DNA from: Chloroflexota bacterium
GTDB taxonomy: Bacteria > Chloroflexota > UBA11872 > VXNJ01
Assembly: GCA_965208775.1 (NCBI GenBank)
Contig: OZ242360.1
Location: 3,145,591-3,209,590, forward strand
Length of the DNA stretch: 64,000 bases
Direction: 5' to 3'
Within the stretch, counting starts at the first letter, position 1. Each line of letters starts with the position of its first letter. The notes beneath the pieces are model-generated. The model was not told the DNA's origin. It saw nothing but the letters and a program-made list of their open reading frames with translations, and made no database searches. Of this stretch, positions 20,707-30,794 are shown one piece after another. The position numbers and the translations under genes were made by a program.

Positions 20707-21076
20707 GCCTGAGACTGAGCTGGCAGAGTCGCTGGCCTCTCTGGAGGGAGTCCGGTCGGCGGTCGTATGGCGGTCCGGCGGAGTGCCGGTTGACGCTCAC
20801 AGTCATAAAGACTTCTCGTCGTTGCACGGCCGAATGCTGTCGGCCGCGGTCGGCGCCTTCGAGGCGGATGTCGACAGGCTTGGCTTAGGTCAGGTCAGCC
20901 AGATCTGGTGGCAATCCGACGACGCGCAATGTGTCGGATTCCGGGCGGGTGAGTGGCAGGTTCTGGTCGTGGCCGAGGCAGAACTTGGCATAGCGACTCT
21001 GAGGTCAAACGTGGCTGAAACGGTCGGCAAATTCTGGGATGAAACTGCAAAAGAAAGTGAGAATGGAGTCAACTGA
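20699..21076 (+). CDS. Roadblock/LC7 (MglB-like) domain protein
   Basis: 125 aa; LEGVRSAVVWRSGGVPV, LGLGQVSQ and alpha/beta pattern typical of the roadblock fold. Confidence 0.65.
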   Translation: MNEPETELAESLASLEGVRSAVVWRSGGVPVDAHSHKDFSSLHGRMLSAAVGAFEADVDRLGLGQVSQIWWQSDDAQCVGFRAGEWQVLVVAEAELGIATLRSNVAETVGKFWDETAKESENGVN

Positions 21077-21530
21077 AATGGAACAAACTTTTGTGCTTCT
21101 TAAGCCCGATGCCGTGCAACGCGGCCTGGCGGGACAGATCCTTGCCCGGTTCGAGCGGCGCGGATATCGCGTTGTGGCCTTGAAAATGCTCCTAGCGGAC
21201 CGGAATCTCGCCGAACGACACTACGAAGTGCATAAGGGCAAGTTCTTTTTCGAAGGGCTTGTGCAACACCTGACTTCCGGTCCGGTTGTAGCGATGGTCC
21301 TGGAGGGAGAAAACGTCATCCAGGCAGTGCGGACGATGGTCGGTTCCACCATCCCGAACCAGGCGGCGGCCGGCACTATAAGGGGCGATCTTGCCGTCGC
21401 CGGCCTTCGCAACCTTGTTCACGCGTCGGACGCGCCCGAAAGCGCAGAACACGAGATGTCGCTTTATTTCGACGACGTGGAGGTCTTGGAGTACCAGCGG
21501 GATATGGACCGGTGGGTTTTCGAGTCCTGA
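21063..21530 (+). CDS. ndk: Nucleoside diphosphate kinase
   Basis: KPDAVQRGL, SGPVVAMV, GTIRGD, NLVHASD; start at 21063 or 21078. Confidence 0.97.
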   Translation: MESTEMEQTFVLLKPDAVQRGLAGQILARFERRGYRVVALKMLLADRNLAERHYEVHKGKFFFEGLVQHLTSGPVVAMVLEGENVIQAVRTMVGSTIPNQAAAGTIRGDLAVAGLRNLVHASDAPESAEHEMSLYFDDVEVLEYQRDMDRWVFES

Positions 21531-21582
21531 ACGGCCCGCTGTGTCAACATACGCGGGGCACGACGATAGCTAGGAGCGAGCG

Positions 21583-23328
21583 ATGGCGGTAGAGCGTGAA
21601 AACGAGAACATCCGCTACGAACCGGATGAGAACCCGCCCTCCCCAATAGCGGTTGGCGCCGGCCTTCAGGCCGCGGCGATCATTCTGACGCCGGTGGTAT
21701 TGACCGTTGTGATTGTGTTTCGGATCGCCGACCAGCCCGATGCGTACGTGTCGTGGGGCGTCTTCGCCGCGCTTTTGGTAAGCGGAATTACCACCGTGCT
21801 CCAGGCGGTGCGGGTAGGGCGGATTGGAGCCGGGCACGTGTTGATTATGGGCACGTCGGGGGCATTCATCGCGGTGTGCGTCGCGGCGCTGGTCGAAGGT
21901 GGGCCGGCCACCATGGCGAGCCTCGTCGTGGTGTCATCGCTGTTTCAGTTTGCGCTGGCGGCGCGGCTCTCGCTGCTACGCCGGATATTCACTCCAGTCG
22001 TCTCCGGCACGGTGATCATGCTGATCACCGCCACGGTAGCGCCGGTTGTATACGACACGATGCAGTCGGTGCCTGAAGGCACTTCCGCGGCTGCCGCGCC
22101 ACTAGCCACGGTGGCGACGCTGGTGGTGGTCGCGGCGCTCGTGCTGCGCGGTCCTCCGGGATTGCGACTATGGTCGCCCGTCATCGGCATAGCGGTCGGT
22201 TGCGTGGTGTCCGCCCCCTTTGGGTTGTACGACGTTCAGCAGATACTGGACGCGCCCTGGGTGGGCGTTTCGTTTGGCGCTTGGCCGGGATTCGATCTAA
22301 CTCCTGGTCCGGCGTTTTGGGCGCTGTTGCCGGCGTTCGTGGCAGTTACTCTCGTCGGCGCTATCGAGACGATTGGCGACGGAGTGGCAATTCAACGGGT
22401 TTCCCGACGCAAGCCGCCGGCAACCGATTTCCGCGTAGTGCAGGGCGCCCTCAATGCCGACGGCGTGGGAAATCTACTGTCGGGGATTCTGGGCACGCTT
22501 CCCAACACTACCTATTCAACCAGCGTTGCCCTTCCCGAGGTGACTGGAATCGCCGCGCGGAGGGTGGGCGTGATTATCGGCGTGATCTTCCTGGTGCTGG
22601 CCTTCCTGCCGAAGGTCACGGCCATATTGATAGCAATCCCCGCCCCCGTTGCCGCCGCCTACATCATGGTTCTTCTCGGACTGCTCTTCGTCCAGGGCAT
22701 GAAGATCATCATCCAGGATGGGGTCGATCACCGTAAGGCTGCAGTTGCCGGGTTGGCGTTCTGGATCGGCGTGGGCTTCCAGAATCAGTGGATCTTCGCC
22801 GAGCAACTGGGGGATGGGTTTCTGAACGTTCTACTCGGCAACGGCATGACTTCGGGGGCCATCGTCGCGATCATCATGATGGTGTTCCTGGAGCTGACGG
22901 GGCCCCGGCGCAGACGCCTAAGCATCCCGCTGGATGCGGAAGCCCTGCCAAAGCTGGTGGAATTCCTTCGCGAGTTCGCGTCGAAGGCTGGATGGAACGA
23001 GGCTTCGAGGGACCGTGTGGTCCTGGTCGGCGAGGAAACACTGGCGAGCTTGTCATCTGAAGAAGACGAGGACGTGGAAAGGACGCGAGCGCGGCGTCTC
23101 ATCGTGACCGCCCGCCCCGACGGCCGTGGAGCCGAATTGGAGTTTGTATCGGGATATGAGGGGGAGAATCTGGAGGACCGGCTGGCGTATCTAGGCGAAA
23201 CGCCGGACATACGGGACGACCGGGAAATATCGTTCCGCCTGCTGCGTCACTACGCGTCGTCGGTGCGCCATCAGAAATACCACGGGGAAGACGTGGTTAC
23301 GGTGCGGGTGGAGAACCCGCGCAAATAG
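21583..23328 (+). CDS. NCS2 (xanthine/uracil/ascorbate) permease fused to a C-terminal HATPase_c/RsbW-like domain
   Basis: IMGTSGAF, FTPVVSG, ETIGD, ADG, IPAPV, plus a soluble C-terminal tail of about 140 aa. Confidence 0.8.
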   Translation: MAVERENENIRYEPDENPPSPIAVGAGLQAAAIILTPVVLTVVIVFRIADQPDAYVSWGVFAALLVSGITTVLQAVRVGRIGAGHVLIMGTSGAFIAVCVAALVEGGPATMASLVVVSSLFQFALAARLSLLRRIFTPVVSGTVIMLITATVAPVVYDTMQSVPEGTSAAAAPLATVATLVVVAALVLRGPPGLRLWSPVIGIAVGCVVSAPFGLYDVQQILDAPWVGVSFGAWPGFDLTPGPAFWALLPAFVAVTLVGAIETIGDGVAIQRVSRRKPPATDFRVVQGALNADGVGNLLSGILGTLPNTTYSTSVALPEVTGIAARRVGVIIGVIFLVLAFLPKVTAILIAIPAPVAAAYIMVLLGLLFVQGMKIIIQDGVDHRKAAVAGLAFWIGVGFQNQWIFAEQLGDGFLNVLLGNGMTSGAIVAIIMMVFLELTGPRRRRLSIPLDAEALPKLVEFLREFASKAGWNEASRDRVVLVGEETLASLSSEEDEDVERTRARRLIVTARPDGRGAELEFVSGYEGENLEDRLAYLGETPDIRDDREISFRLLRHYASSVRHQKYHGEDVVTVRVENPRK

Positions 23329-23337
23329 ATTGACTCC

Positions 23338-25629
23338 TTAGGCGACACTCCGCCTTAACACGTTCAGGGCGGATCCGGCCCAAATCCACTCTATCTGCTG
23401 CTCGTTCAGCGTGTGCGCCAGCTCGATGGCGTGAGTTGAGCCGTTGGCGTGTCGAAGCACCGCGGTTACGGGTTCCCCCGGGGCCAGCTCGTGGATGTCG
23501 ACGAGGTCGATTCGGTCGGTTTTTTCGATCTTGTCGTAGTCGTCGGGATTGACGAACGTAAACGGGAGCAAGCCCTGTTTCTTGAGGTTCGATTCGTGGA
23601 TTCGCGCGAAGCTCCGCACGATGATCACGGAGCCGCCCAGGTGTCTGGGTGACATGGCCGCGTGCTCGCGGCTGCTGCCCTCGCCGTAGTTTTCATCACC
23701 GACGGCTACCCAGCGCAGCCCGTGCTTGTGGTAGGACTTGGCTATCTCGGGAATCGGCTCTTCGTCGGCCCCGGAAATCTGGTTGTAACCTGTCCCCGGT
23801 GTTGCCGAGAACGAATTGTTAGCGCCGGTGAACATGTTATCGCTGAGATTGGTCAGGTGCCCGCGGAACCGCAGCCACGGTCCCGCTGGGGATATGGCGT
23901 CCGTGGTGCACTGTCCGGCGGCCTTCAGCAGCACGGGCATGTCTTGAAAATGCTCCGGGGATTGCTCGGGAAACGGGTGGAGGATCTCCAGCCGCTTGCT
24001 CTCCGGATCGACCTTGATTTCGACCGACGACGCGTCGCCACTGGGAGGTTCGTATCCGTAGCCTTTACCGGTAAAGCCGTCGGCCGGGACTTCAGGCGCG
24101 GGAGCGGGAGGATCGAGCCGGAACCCGTCGGAGCCAGCGGATTCGATACGGTCGACTAGCGGGTTGAACGAAAGTCGCCCGGCCAACCCGTAAGCGACGG
24201 CGATCTCCGGGCTTACAAGAAACGAATGCGTGCTCGCGTTCCCGTCGTTGCGGCGGGGGAAGTTGCGGTTGAAGGACGAGATTATCGAATTGACCTTCAC
24301 GGGCCGACTCCCGTCCGGGCCGGCTTCCCGCCTGCGCCACTGCCCGATGCAGGGTCCGCAAGCGTTCGCGAGGACCGTCGCTCCAATCGATTCGAGGACA
24401 CCGAGTTGACCATCGCGCTCTATGGTCGCACGCACCGTTTCGGAGCCGGGCGTGACGAGCAGCGGAGTAACAGCCCGCGCGCCGCGCGCCGCGGCCTGAG
24501 CGGCGACATCGGCGGCACGTGAAACGTCTTCGTATGACGAGTTGGTGCAGCTTCCGATGAGCGCCGCGGAGAGCTCGTTCGGATAGCCATGAGCTTCGAC
24601 CTCCGCCGCCATCTCGGATACCGGCCGTGCCAGATCTGGCCGGTGCGGACCGACGACGTGCGGCTCAAGCTCGCTGAGATCGATTTCTATGACCTCTTGA
24701 TAGAACCGTGTTGGGGTCTCATTGACCTCCTCGTCCACGGTGAGCAGGTCGAGGGCCTGGCCGGCCAAGTCCGCCAGTTCACCGCGACCGGTGGCCCGCA
24801 GATAGGTTGCCATTCGTCCGTCGAAAGGAAATACGGAGCTTGTAGCGCCAAGCTCCGCGCCCATGTTGGTTATCGTCGCCTTGCCGGTGCAGGAGAGTGA
24901 TCGAGTTCCCGGACCGAAGTATTCGATAATCCGGTTCGTCCCGCCACTGGTCGTCAAAATCCCGAGTAGCTTTAGGATCACGTCCTTAGGCGCGGTCCAG
25001 CCGCTCAGCTCACCCGTGAGTCGTACGCCCACAACGTGCGGGTTCTTCACTTCCCACGGGAATCCGACCATCGCGTCGACTGCGTCGGCTCCACCGACGC
25101 CCACGGCCAGCATTCCGAGGCCGCCGGCGTTGGGCGTGTGCGAGTCGGTCCCGATCATCAGACCGCCGGGAAACGCGTAGTTCTCGAGTACCACCTGGTG
25201 GATTATTCCGGCACCCGGTCTCCAGAATCCGAGTCCGTACTTGCGGGAGACAGAGGCGAGGAACTGGAATACTTCGGCGTTCTCGGTGCGAGCGACGTGC
25301 AGGTCGGATGCGGACCCGTTGTGCGCGCGGATGAGGTGGTCGCAGTGAACGGTCGTCGGCACGGCCGCCTCGTCGCGGGCGGCCAGCATGAACTGGAGCA
25401 GCGCCATCTGTCCGGTCACGTCCTGGAGCGCAACCCGGTCCGGCCGAAGCTGCAAGTAACTGTCGCCGGGCGTCAGGTCGTCTCCGGATGGATCGTCCAG
25501 ATGGCCGAAGACGATTTTCTCGGCCAGAGTCAGCGGGCGTCCCAGGCGGGTCCGCACGATCTCCAACGTCTCACGCATCCGCGCGTAGATTCCCGCCACT
25601 AACTCGGGCGTCGACTCGATGGTTGGCAT
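23338..25629 (-). CDS. acnA: Aconitate hydratase (mitochondrial-like type)
   Basis: LRPDRVALQD, HCDHLI, GTDSHT, IGSCTNSSY, ACGPCIG, GSSREHAA; ATG at 25629 with SD. Confidence 0.95.
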   Translation of the reverse strand: MPTIESTPELVAGIYARMRETLEIVRTRLGRPLTLAEKIVFGHLDDPSGDDLTPGDSYLQLRPDRVALQDVTGQMALLQFMLAARDEAAVPTTVHCDHLIRAHNGSASDLHVARTENAEVFQFLASVSRKYGLGFWRPGAGIIHQVVLENYAFPGGLMIGTDSHTPNAGGLGMLAVGVGGADAVDAMVGFPWEVKNPHVVGVRLTGELSGWTAPKDVILKLLGILTTSGGTNRIIEYFGPGTRSLSCTGKATITNMGAELGATSSVFPFDGRMATYLRATGRGELADLAGQALDLLTVDEEVNETPTRFYQEVIEIDLSELEPHVVGPHRPDLARPVSEMAAEVEAHGYPNELSAALIGSCTNSSYEDVSRAADVAAQAAARGARAVTPLLVTPGSETVRATIERDGQLGVLESIGATVLANACGPCIGQWRRREAGPDGSRPVKVNSIISSFNRNFPRRNDGNASTHSFLVSPEIAVAYGLAGRLSFNPLVDRIESAGSDGFRLDPPAPAPEVPADGFTGKGYGYEPPSGDASSVEIKVDPESKRLEILHPFPEQSPEHFQDMPVLLKAAGQCTTDAISPAGPWLRFRGHLTNLSDNMFTGANNSFSATPGTGYNQISGADEEPIPEIAKSYHKHGLRWVAVGDENYGEGSSREHAAMSPRHLGGSVIIVRSFARIHESNLKKQGLLPFTFVNPDDYDKIEKTDRIDLVDIHELAPGEPVTAVLRHANGSTHAIELAHTLNEQQIEWIWAGSALNVLRRSVA

Positions 25630-25889
25630 TGCCCCTACCTCATTAAGCAAACGTGCGCTGTTTACAGAGTAAGCGTTTCGATTGGCGCACGGCCGCGCCA
25701 GTCTCCCAGTCTATCGCCTGCACGATATGACCTCAGGACCCAATGGACGTACCTTCTGCTATTCACAGTTCACCCAGTGCGAGTAATTTGACGCGGTCTC
25801 CCGCGAGCACAAACACCGCATGGATAGCGCGGGTATCATTTAGCCCGGCATCGTCCTAACTCACTATTTAACGGAACTTAACGGAACAA

Positions 25890-26975
25890 ATGACATATAG
25901 CGTCACACTAATTCCCGGCGATGGAACAGGCCCGGAAATCGCCGAGGCTATGCGCCGAGTCCTCGACGCGACCGGCGTCGAATTCGATTGGCAAATCCAG
26001 AACGCCGGAGCCGAAGTTGCGGAGAAGACCGGAGAGCCGCTGCCGGAGTCGGTACTAAATTCGATTCGAGAGAACAAACTTGCCATCAAGGGACCACTCA
26101 CAACTCCCGTGGGAACGGGCTTTCGCAGCGTGACCGTAGCCATGCGCAAAGAGCTGGACCTCTACGCATGCCTGCGTCCCTGCAAGATGTACAAGGGAGT
26201 TCGCTCGTTCTACGACGAGATCGATCTCGTGATCGTTCGAGAGAACACAGAAGACCTCTATGCGGGAATCGAGTTCGAGAGAGGATCCCAGGCCGCGTCG
26301 GACTTAATCCGACATCTGAGCAGCCTGAACGGATCGGCCATTCCGTCGGACTCGGGCATCAGCATAAAACCGATATCGGTAGAGGCTACGGACCGCATCG
26401 TCCGTTTCGCCTTCGACTACGCAATCGCGAACGGTCGCAAAAAGGTAACGGCCGTCCACAAAGCCAACATCATGAAGTTCTCGGACGGGCTGTTTCTCGA
26501 AGTTGCCCGCGACGTTGCGCGGGACTATCCCGAAGTCGAGTTCGAGGACCGGATCGTGGACAACATGTGCATGCAGCTGGTCCAAAAGCCGGAACTCTAC
26601 GACGTGATGGTCTTACCGAACCTGTACGGCGACATCGTTTCGGATCTGTGCGCCGGGTTGATTGGAGGACTCGGCGTCGCCCCGGGAGCGAATATCGGAG
26701 ACGACTTCGCGGTATTCGAGGCCACGCACGGGAGCGCGCCCCGCTATACCGGTATGAACAAAGTCAACCCGCTCGCCATGATCCTGTCGGGTCTAATGAT
26801 GCTGCGCCACATTGGCGAAACCGCCGCCGCCGACATGCTCGACAGCGCCATCGCGCGACTGATCGAAGCCGGCGATTCCGTGACGTACGATATGAAACCC
26901 CACCGCGACGACCCGACCGCGGTCGGTACGTCCGACGTTGCGGACGCGCTTATAAGGCTCATGCACGACGCTTGA
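25890..26975 (+). CDS. icd: Isocitrate dehydrogenase (isocitrate/isopropylmalate DH family)
   Basis: [47 protein letters not shown]; TCA context. Confidence 0.92.
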   Translation: MTYSVTLIPGDGTGPEIAEAMRRVLDATGVEFDWQIQNAGAEVAEKTGEPLPESVLNSIRENKLAIKGPLTTPVGTGFRSVTVAMRKELDLYACLRPCKMYKGVRSFYDEIDLVIVRENTEDLYAGIEFERGSQAASDLIRHLSSLNGSAIPSDSGISIKPISVEATDRIVRFAFDYAIANGRKKVTAVHKANIMKFSDGLFLEVARDVARDYPEVEFEDRIVDNMCMQLVQKPELYDVMVLPNLYGDIVSDLCAGLIGGLGVAPGANIGDDFAVFEATHGSAPRYTGMNKVNPLAMILSGLMMLRHIGETAAADMLDSAIARLIEAGDSVTYDMKPHRDDPTAVGTSDVADALIRLMHDA

Positions 26976-28105
26976 AGCTCCACGAATACCAGGCGAGAGC
27001 GCTGTTTGCCGAGGCCGGCATCCCTGTACCCGCGAGCAACGTAGCCTTCTCGGCCAGTGAGGCGAGAGAGATTGCGGAGCAGCTAGGCAAGCCGGTCGTC
27101 GTCAAAGCGCAGGTCCTGGTCGGCGGACGGGGCAAGGCGGGCGGAGTGAAACTGGCCCAGACTCCCGCCGCCGCGCAGGAAGCGGCGGATAAGATTCTCG
27201 GACTGACAATCGGTGGCTATCCGGTGGAGCAAGTGCTCGTCGCCGAAGCGTCGGATATAGAACGGGAGATTTATCTCGGCGCGATCGTCGACCGTGATGC
27301 GAAACGCATACTGCTCATGGTCAGCGGCGAGGGCGGAGTCGAGATCGAAGAGGTGGCGCGAACCAATCCGTCCGCCATTCACAGGGAGTACGTTCAACCG
27401 TCCGGCGTGCTGGAAGCTCAGCAGGGACGCCGCCTGGGGTTCATGCTTGGCCTCGACTGGAAGCAGGTCCGCAAGTTCGAGTCGATAGCCCGCTCGCTGG
27501 TGGAGCTTGCGGTGCGGATCGATGCCTCACTGGCGGAAATCAATCCATTGATCGTCACTCCGGAAGGCGACCTCCGGGCCATCGACGCCAAGGTGAATAT
27601 CGACGACAACGCGCTCTTCCGACGGCCGGAATTAGCCGGGCTTCGAAATCCCGAAGAGGAGACGGGGCCTGAGCGTCGGGCGCGAGAATCGGGCATCAGC
27701 TACGTCAAGCTCGACGGCAATATCGGCTGCATGGTCAATGGGGCGGGGCTGGCGATGGCGCTGCTCGACGTAATAAAGCTCCAGGGAGGCGAGCCTGCTA
27801 ACTTCCTGGACGTCGGAGGCGGAGCCGACGCCGCGCAAGTACGTACGGCGATGGAGATCATCCTCGCCGACCCGGCGGTGAAGCTGGTACTGGTGAACAT
27901 CTTCGGCGGGATTACCCGATGCGACGAAGTCGCGCGGGGCGTCGTCGCGGCGACTACCGGTCTGGACCGCGACGTTCCGCTGGTTGTCAGGTTGGTCGGA
28001 ACCAATGAAGAAGAGGGACTGGAAGTCCTCCGCGACGCTGGAATATCAGCGTATACCGGCATGGTCGACGCCGTGAACGAAGCGGTTAGTCGAGCGGCCG
28101 CTTGA
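26972..28105 (+). CDS. sucC: Succinyl-CoA synthetase beta subunit
   Basis: TTG start overlapping the icd stop: (M)[33 protein letters not shown]. Confidence 0.96.
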   Translation: MKLHEYQARALFAEAGIPVPASNVAFSASEAREIAEQLGKPVVVKAQVLVGGRGKAGGVKLAQTPAAAQEAADKILGLTIGGYPVEQVLVAEASDIEREIYLGAIVDRDAKRILLMVSGEGGVEIEEVARTNPSAIHREYVQPSGVLEAQQGRRLGFMLGLDWKQVRKFESIARSLVELAVRIDASLAEINPLIVTPEGDLRAIDAKVNIDDNALFRRPELAGLRNPEEETGPERRARESGISYVKLDGNIGCMVNGAGLAMALLDVIKLQGGEPANFLDVGGGADAAQVRTAMEIILADPAVKLVLVNIFGGITRCDEVARGVVAATTGLDRDVPLVVRLVGTNEEEGLEVLRDAGISAYTGMVDAVNEAVSRAAA

Positions 28106-28974
28106 GCATCCTCGTCGACGCCGACACGCGAGTGCTCGTGCAGGGTATTACGGGCAATCAGGGTTCGTTTCATGCGCGGCTCATGCTCGACTACGGCTCC
28201 AACGTCGTGGCGGGTGTGGTGCCAGGACGGGGCGGGCAGTCAGTCCATGACGTGCCGGTGTTCGATACGGTCGAGGAAGCCGTCGACCGCACCCAGCCGA
28301 ACTGCGGAATAATCTTCGTACCCGCGTTCGCCGCGCCTGACGCGATTCTGGAACAGGCCGCCGCCAACATTCCCCTGATCGTCTGCATCACCGAGGGCAT
28401 TCCAGTGATCGACATGATTCCCGTCTGTCACCGGGTGAAGGCGGCGGGATCGCGTTTGATCGGACCGAACTGCCCGGGCGTGATATCGCCCGCGCACAAG
28501 GTCAAAGTCGGAATACTGCCCGGACAGATTCACATGCCCGGGCCGGTGGGGGTTGTCAGCCGCAGCGGAACGCTGACATACGAAGTAGTCCAGTCGCTTT
28601 CAGCTTCAGGCCTGGGACAGAGCACGTGCGTGGGGATAGGAGGCGACCCGATTATCGGCACGTCTTTTATCGACGTCGTAGACATGTTCGAGCGTGATCC
28701 GTCAACCGAAGCGATAGTCGTGATCGGTGAAATCGGCGGAACGGATGAAGAGCAGTGCGCCGAGCACATCGCCGCGAACGTGAGCAAACCCGTCCTTGCA
28801 TTCATCGCCGGGCGAACGGCCCCGCCGGAGAAGCGCATGGGGCACGCGGGGGCTATCGTTTCAGGGGGATCGGGAACGGCGACGGAAAAAATAGAGGCGT
28901 TCGAGCGCGCGGGCGTGCGCGTTGCGGCTATACCGGACGAAATCGCAGCCGCCGTTCGGTCTACGATTCCTTGA
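28102..28974 (+). CDS. sucD: Succinyl-CoA synthetase alpha subunit
   Basis: [20 protein letters not shown], phospho-His motif MGHAGA. Confidence 0.97.
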   Translation: MSILVDADTRVLVQGITGNQGSFHARLMLDYGSNVVAGVVPGRGGQSVHDVPVFDTVEEAVDRTQPNCGIIFVPAFAAPDAILEQAAANIPLIVCITEGIPVIDMIPVCHRVKAAGSRLIGPNCPGVISPAHKVKVGILPGQIHMPGPVGVVSRSGTLTYEVVQSLSASGLGQSTCVGIGGDPIIGTSFIDVVDMFERDPSTEAIVVIGEIGGTDEEQCAEHIAANVSKPVLAFIAGRTAPPEKRMGHAGAIVSGGSGTATEKIEAFERAGVRVAAIPDEIAAAVRSTIP

Positions 28975-29108
28975 TTTTTCGCGATTGCGGCGGTGTGACT
29001 GGCAGCTTTTGGCAAAATCGACCAAAATCACCGGTGTCATCTTTCTAAGCTAATTGGTGGAGCATTTCTTGGCATGACGATCCGGCTGACGAAAGGCACG
29101 CGGCGCTG

Positions 29109-30794
29109 ATGCTCGAATTTGACGTGGTTGTTATCGGCGGCGGTGTTGCGGGTATGCGCGCGGCTCTGGCCGCTTCGGCATCCGCCGGGGTCGCGTTGAT
29201 ATCGAAGGATCATCCTGTCCGATCAGGTTCGACATCTTCGGGAGGCGGGATCAACGCGCCGCTCGATCCTTCGGACGATCTGGAAACTTATGCAACCGAC
29301 ACCGTTCGGGCGGGAGACTTTCTGTCGGAGAGGGATGCGGTCGAGACGCTTTGCGCGGATGCTGCGAGCGCCGTTATCGAGATGGAAAACAGCGGCGTCG
29401 CGTTCGACCGCGATCCGACCGGCCGCCTTGCGCTTCACAGGCTTGGCGGCACGAGCCGGTCCCGCGCGGCCCATGGCGCCGACTGGACAGGTGTTCTCCT
29501 GGCACAGACTCTCTGGGCAGAGCTTGTCAAAGCGGGCGTCACCGTTCTGGACGAATGGTATGTAACACGCTTGGTCGTGCGCGACGAGGAAGTACTGGGA
29601 GTGGTCGCAACGGACTTGCGGTCGGGCGAGCTGCACGCAGTCGGGGCCCGGGCGGTCATACTGGCGACGGGCGGTGCGGCGGGTGTTTACGAGATCAACA
29701 CAAGTCCAGTTTCCAACACCGCCGACGGCCTTGCGCTTGCATATCGCGAGGGACTTCCCTTGCGCGACATGGAGTTCGTTCAATTCAACCCTACGGGCCT
29801 TTACGCCGCCGGGAACGCGCTAGCCCGCGGGATATCGATAACCGAGGCGGCGCGGTCGCACGGATCGCTACTGCGCAATTCAGAGGGCGAGCGTTTCATG
29901 GAGCGCTACGCTTCCGAAAGCCTGGAGCTCGCGCCCCGCGACATCGTCTCCCGCGCGGTGCAGACCGAGATCGACGCAGGCCGCGGCGTAAACGGCGGGT
30001 GCGTGAGTCTCGACGCGAGCGGCAACGGGGATATGGCCTCCTCGCTGCCGAATTTCCAGCACCTCTGCGGGGACCTGCTTAATCTCGATCCGAGCGAGAA
30101 TCCTGTTCCCGTCGTTCCTTCCGCGCACTCCAGCGCGGGTGGAATACCCACCGACCTTGACGGCTCCACTGCGGTTGCCGGGCTTTATGCGGTGGGCGAA
30201 TGTGCAAGCACAGGAGTCCATGGAGCCGGTCCGCTGGCTGGAAACGGACTGGCCGAGGCGCTTGTCTTTGGCCGACTGGCCGGCAACGCAGCCGCCAACC
30301 GGGCATCGGAAGGAGTTCTCCACTTCGCTGACTTGAGCGCCGCGCGTGACGACGAGGCTGATCGAGTCGGTCGGTTGATGGCGCATCCCGGCGCGGAGAG
30401 GGTGTCGGCGCTGACGGGCGAAATGCGTTCGGTCATGTCATCTCACGTCGGAGTCTTCCGCGACGGCGAAGGGCTGGCGAGCGCTCGATTCGCTCTCGAC
30501 TCCATCTCCGAACGGCTCGCCGACATCGGCGTAAGCAGCAAGTCCAAGCGGTTCAACCTCGAAGTTAGGGCGGCGCTCGAGCTGCTCAACATGGTGGAGG
30601 TTGCTGGAGTCGTGATCGATAGCGCTGGCAACCGCACGGAGTCGCGCGGCAGTCACTTCAGGCGAGACCACGCGGAACGAGATGACGAGAACTGGCGACT
30701 CCACACACTCGCCTACAAAAACTGCGATGGGGCTCGAATCGAAACCGAAGAGCTGACAGCAAAGACCGACGATCCCGACGCGAGGGCTTATTAA
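29109..30794 (+). CDS. SdhA/FrdA/NadB-family flavoprotein with substituted active site
   Basis: GGGVAG, LATGG, MEFVQF, LAPRDIVSR and RTESRGSHFR are present, but RSG replaces RSH, QFNPT replaces QFHPT and HGAGPL replaces HGANRL. Confidence 0.85.
   Translation: MLEFDVVVIGGGVAGMRAALAASASAGVALISKDHPVRSGSTSSGGGINAPLDPSDDLETYATDTVRAGDFLSERDAVETLCADAASAVIEMENSGVAFDRDPTGRLALHRLGGTSRSRAAHGADWTGVLLAQTLWAELVKAGVTVLDEWYVTRLVVRDEEVLGVVATDLRSGELHAVGARAVILATGGAAGVYEINTSPVSNTADGLALAYREGLPLRDMEFVQFNPTGLYAAGNALARGISITEAARSHGSLLRNSEGERFMERYASESLELAPRDIVSRAVQTEIDAGRGVNGGCVSLDASGNGDMASSLPNFQHLCGDLLNLDPSENPVPVVPSAHSSAGGIPTDLDGSTAVAGLYAVGECASTGVHGAGPLAGNGLAEALVFGRLAGNAAANRASEGVLHFADLSAARDDEADRVGRLMAHPGAERVSALTGEMRSVMSSHVGVFRDGEGLASARFALDSISERLADIGVSSKSKRFNLEVRAALELLNMVEVAGVVIDSAGNRTESRGSHFRRDHAERDDENWRLHTLAYKNCDGARIETEELTAKTDDPDARAY

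Noticed and set aside
25988-26971. 705-aa ORF suggesting a long N-terminal fusion to SucC
   Set aside because: The extension is an Arg-rich alternate frame of icd; SucC starts at TTG 26972.
29109-30794. Calling the flavoprotein NadB
   Set aside because: NadB retains QFHPT and HGANRL and is not paired with an SdhB-like subunit; no nadA or nadC is nearby.
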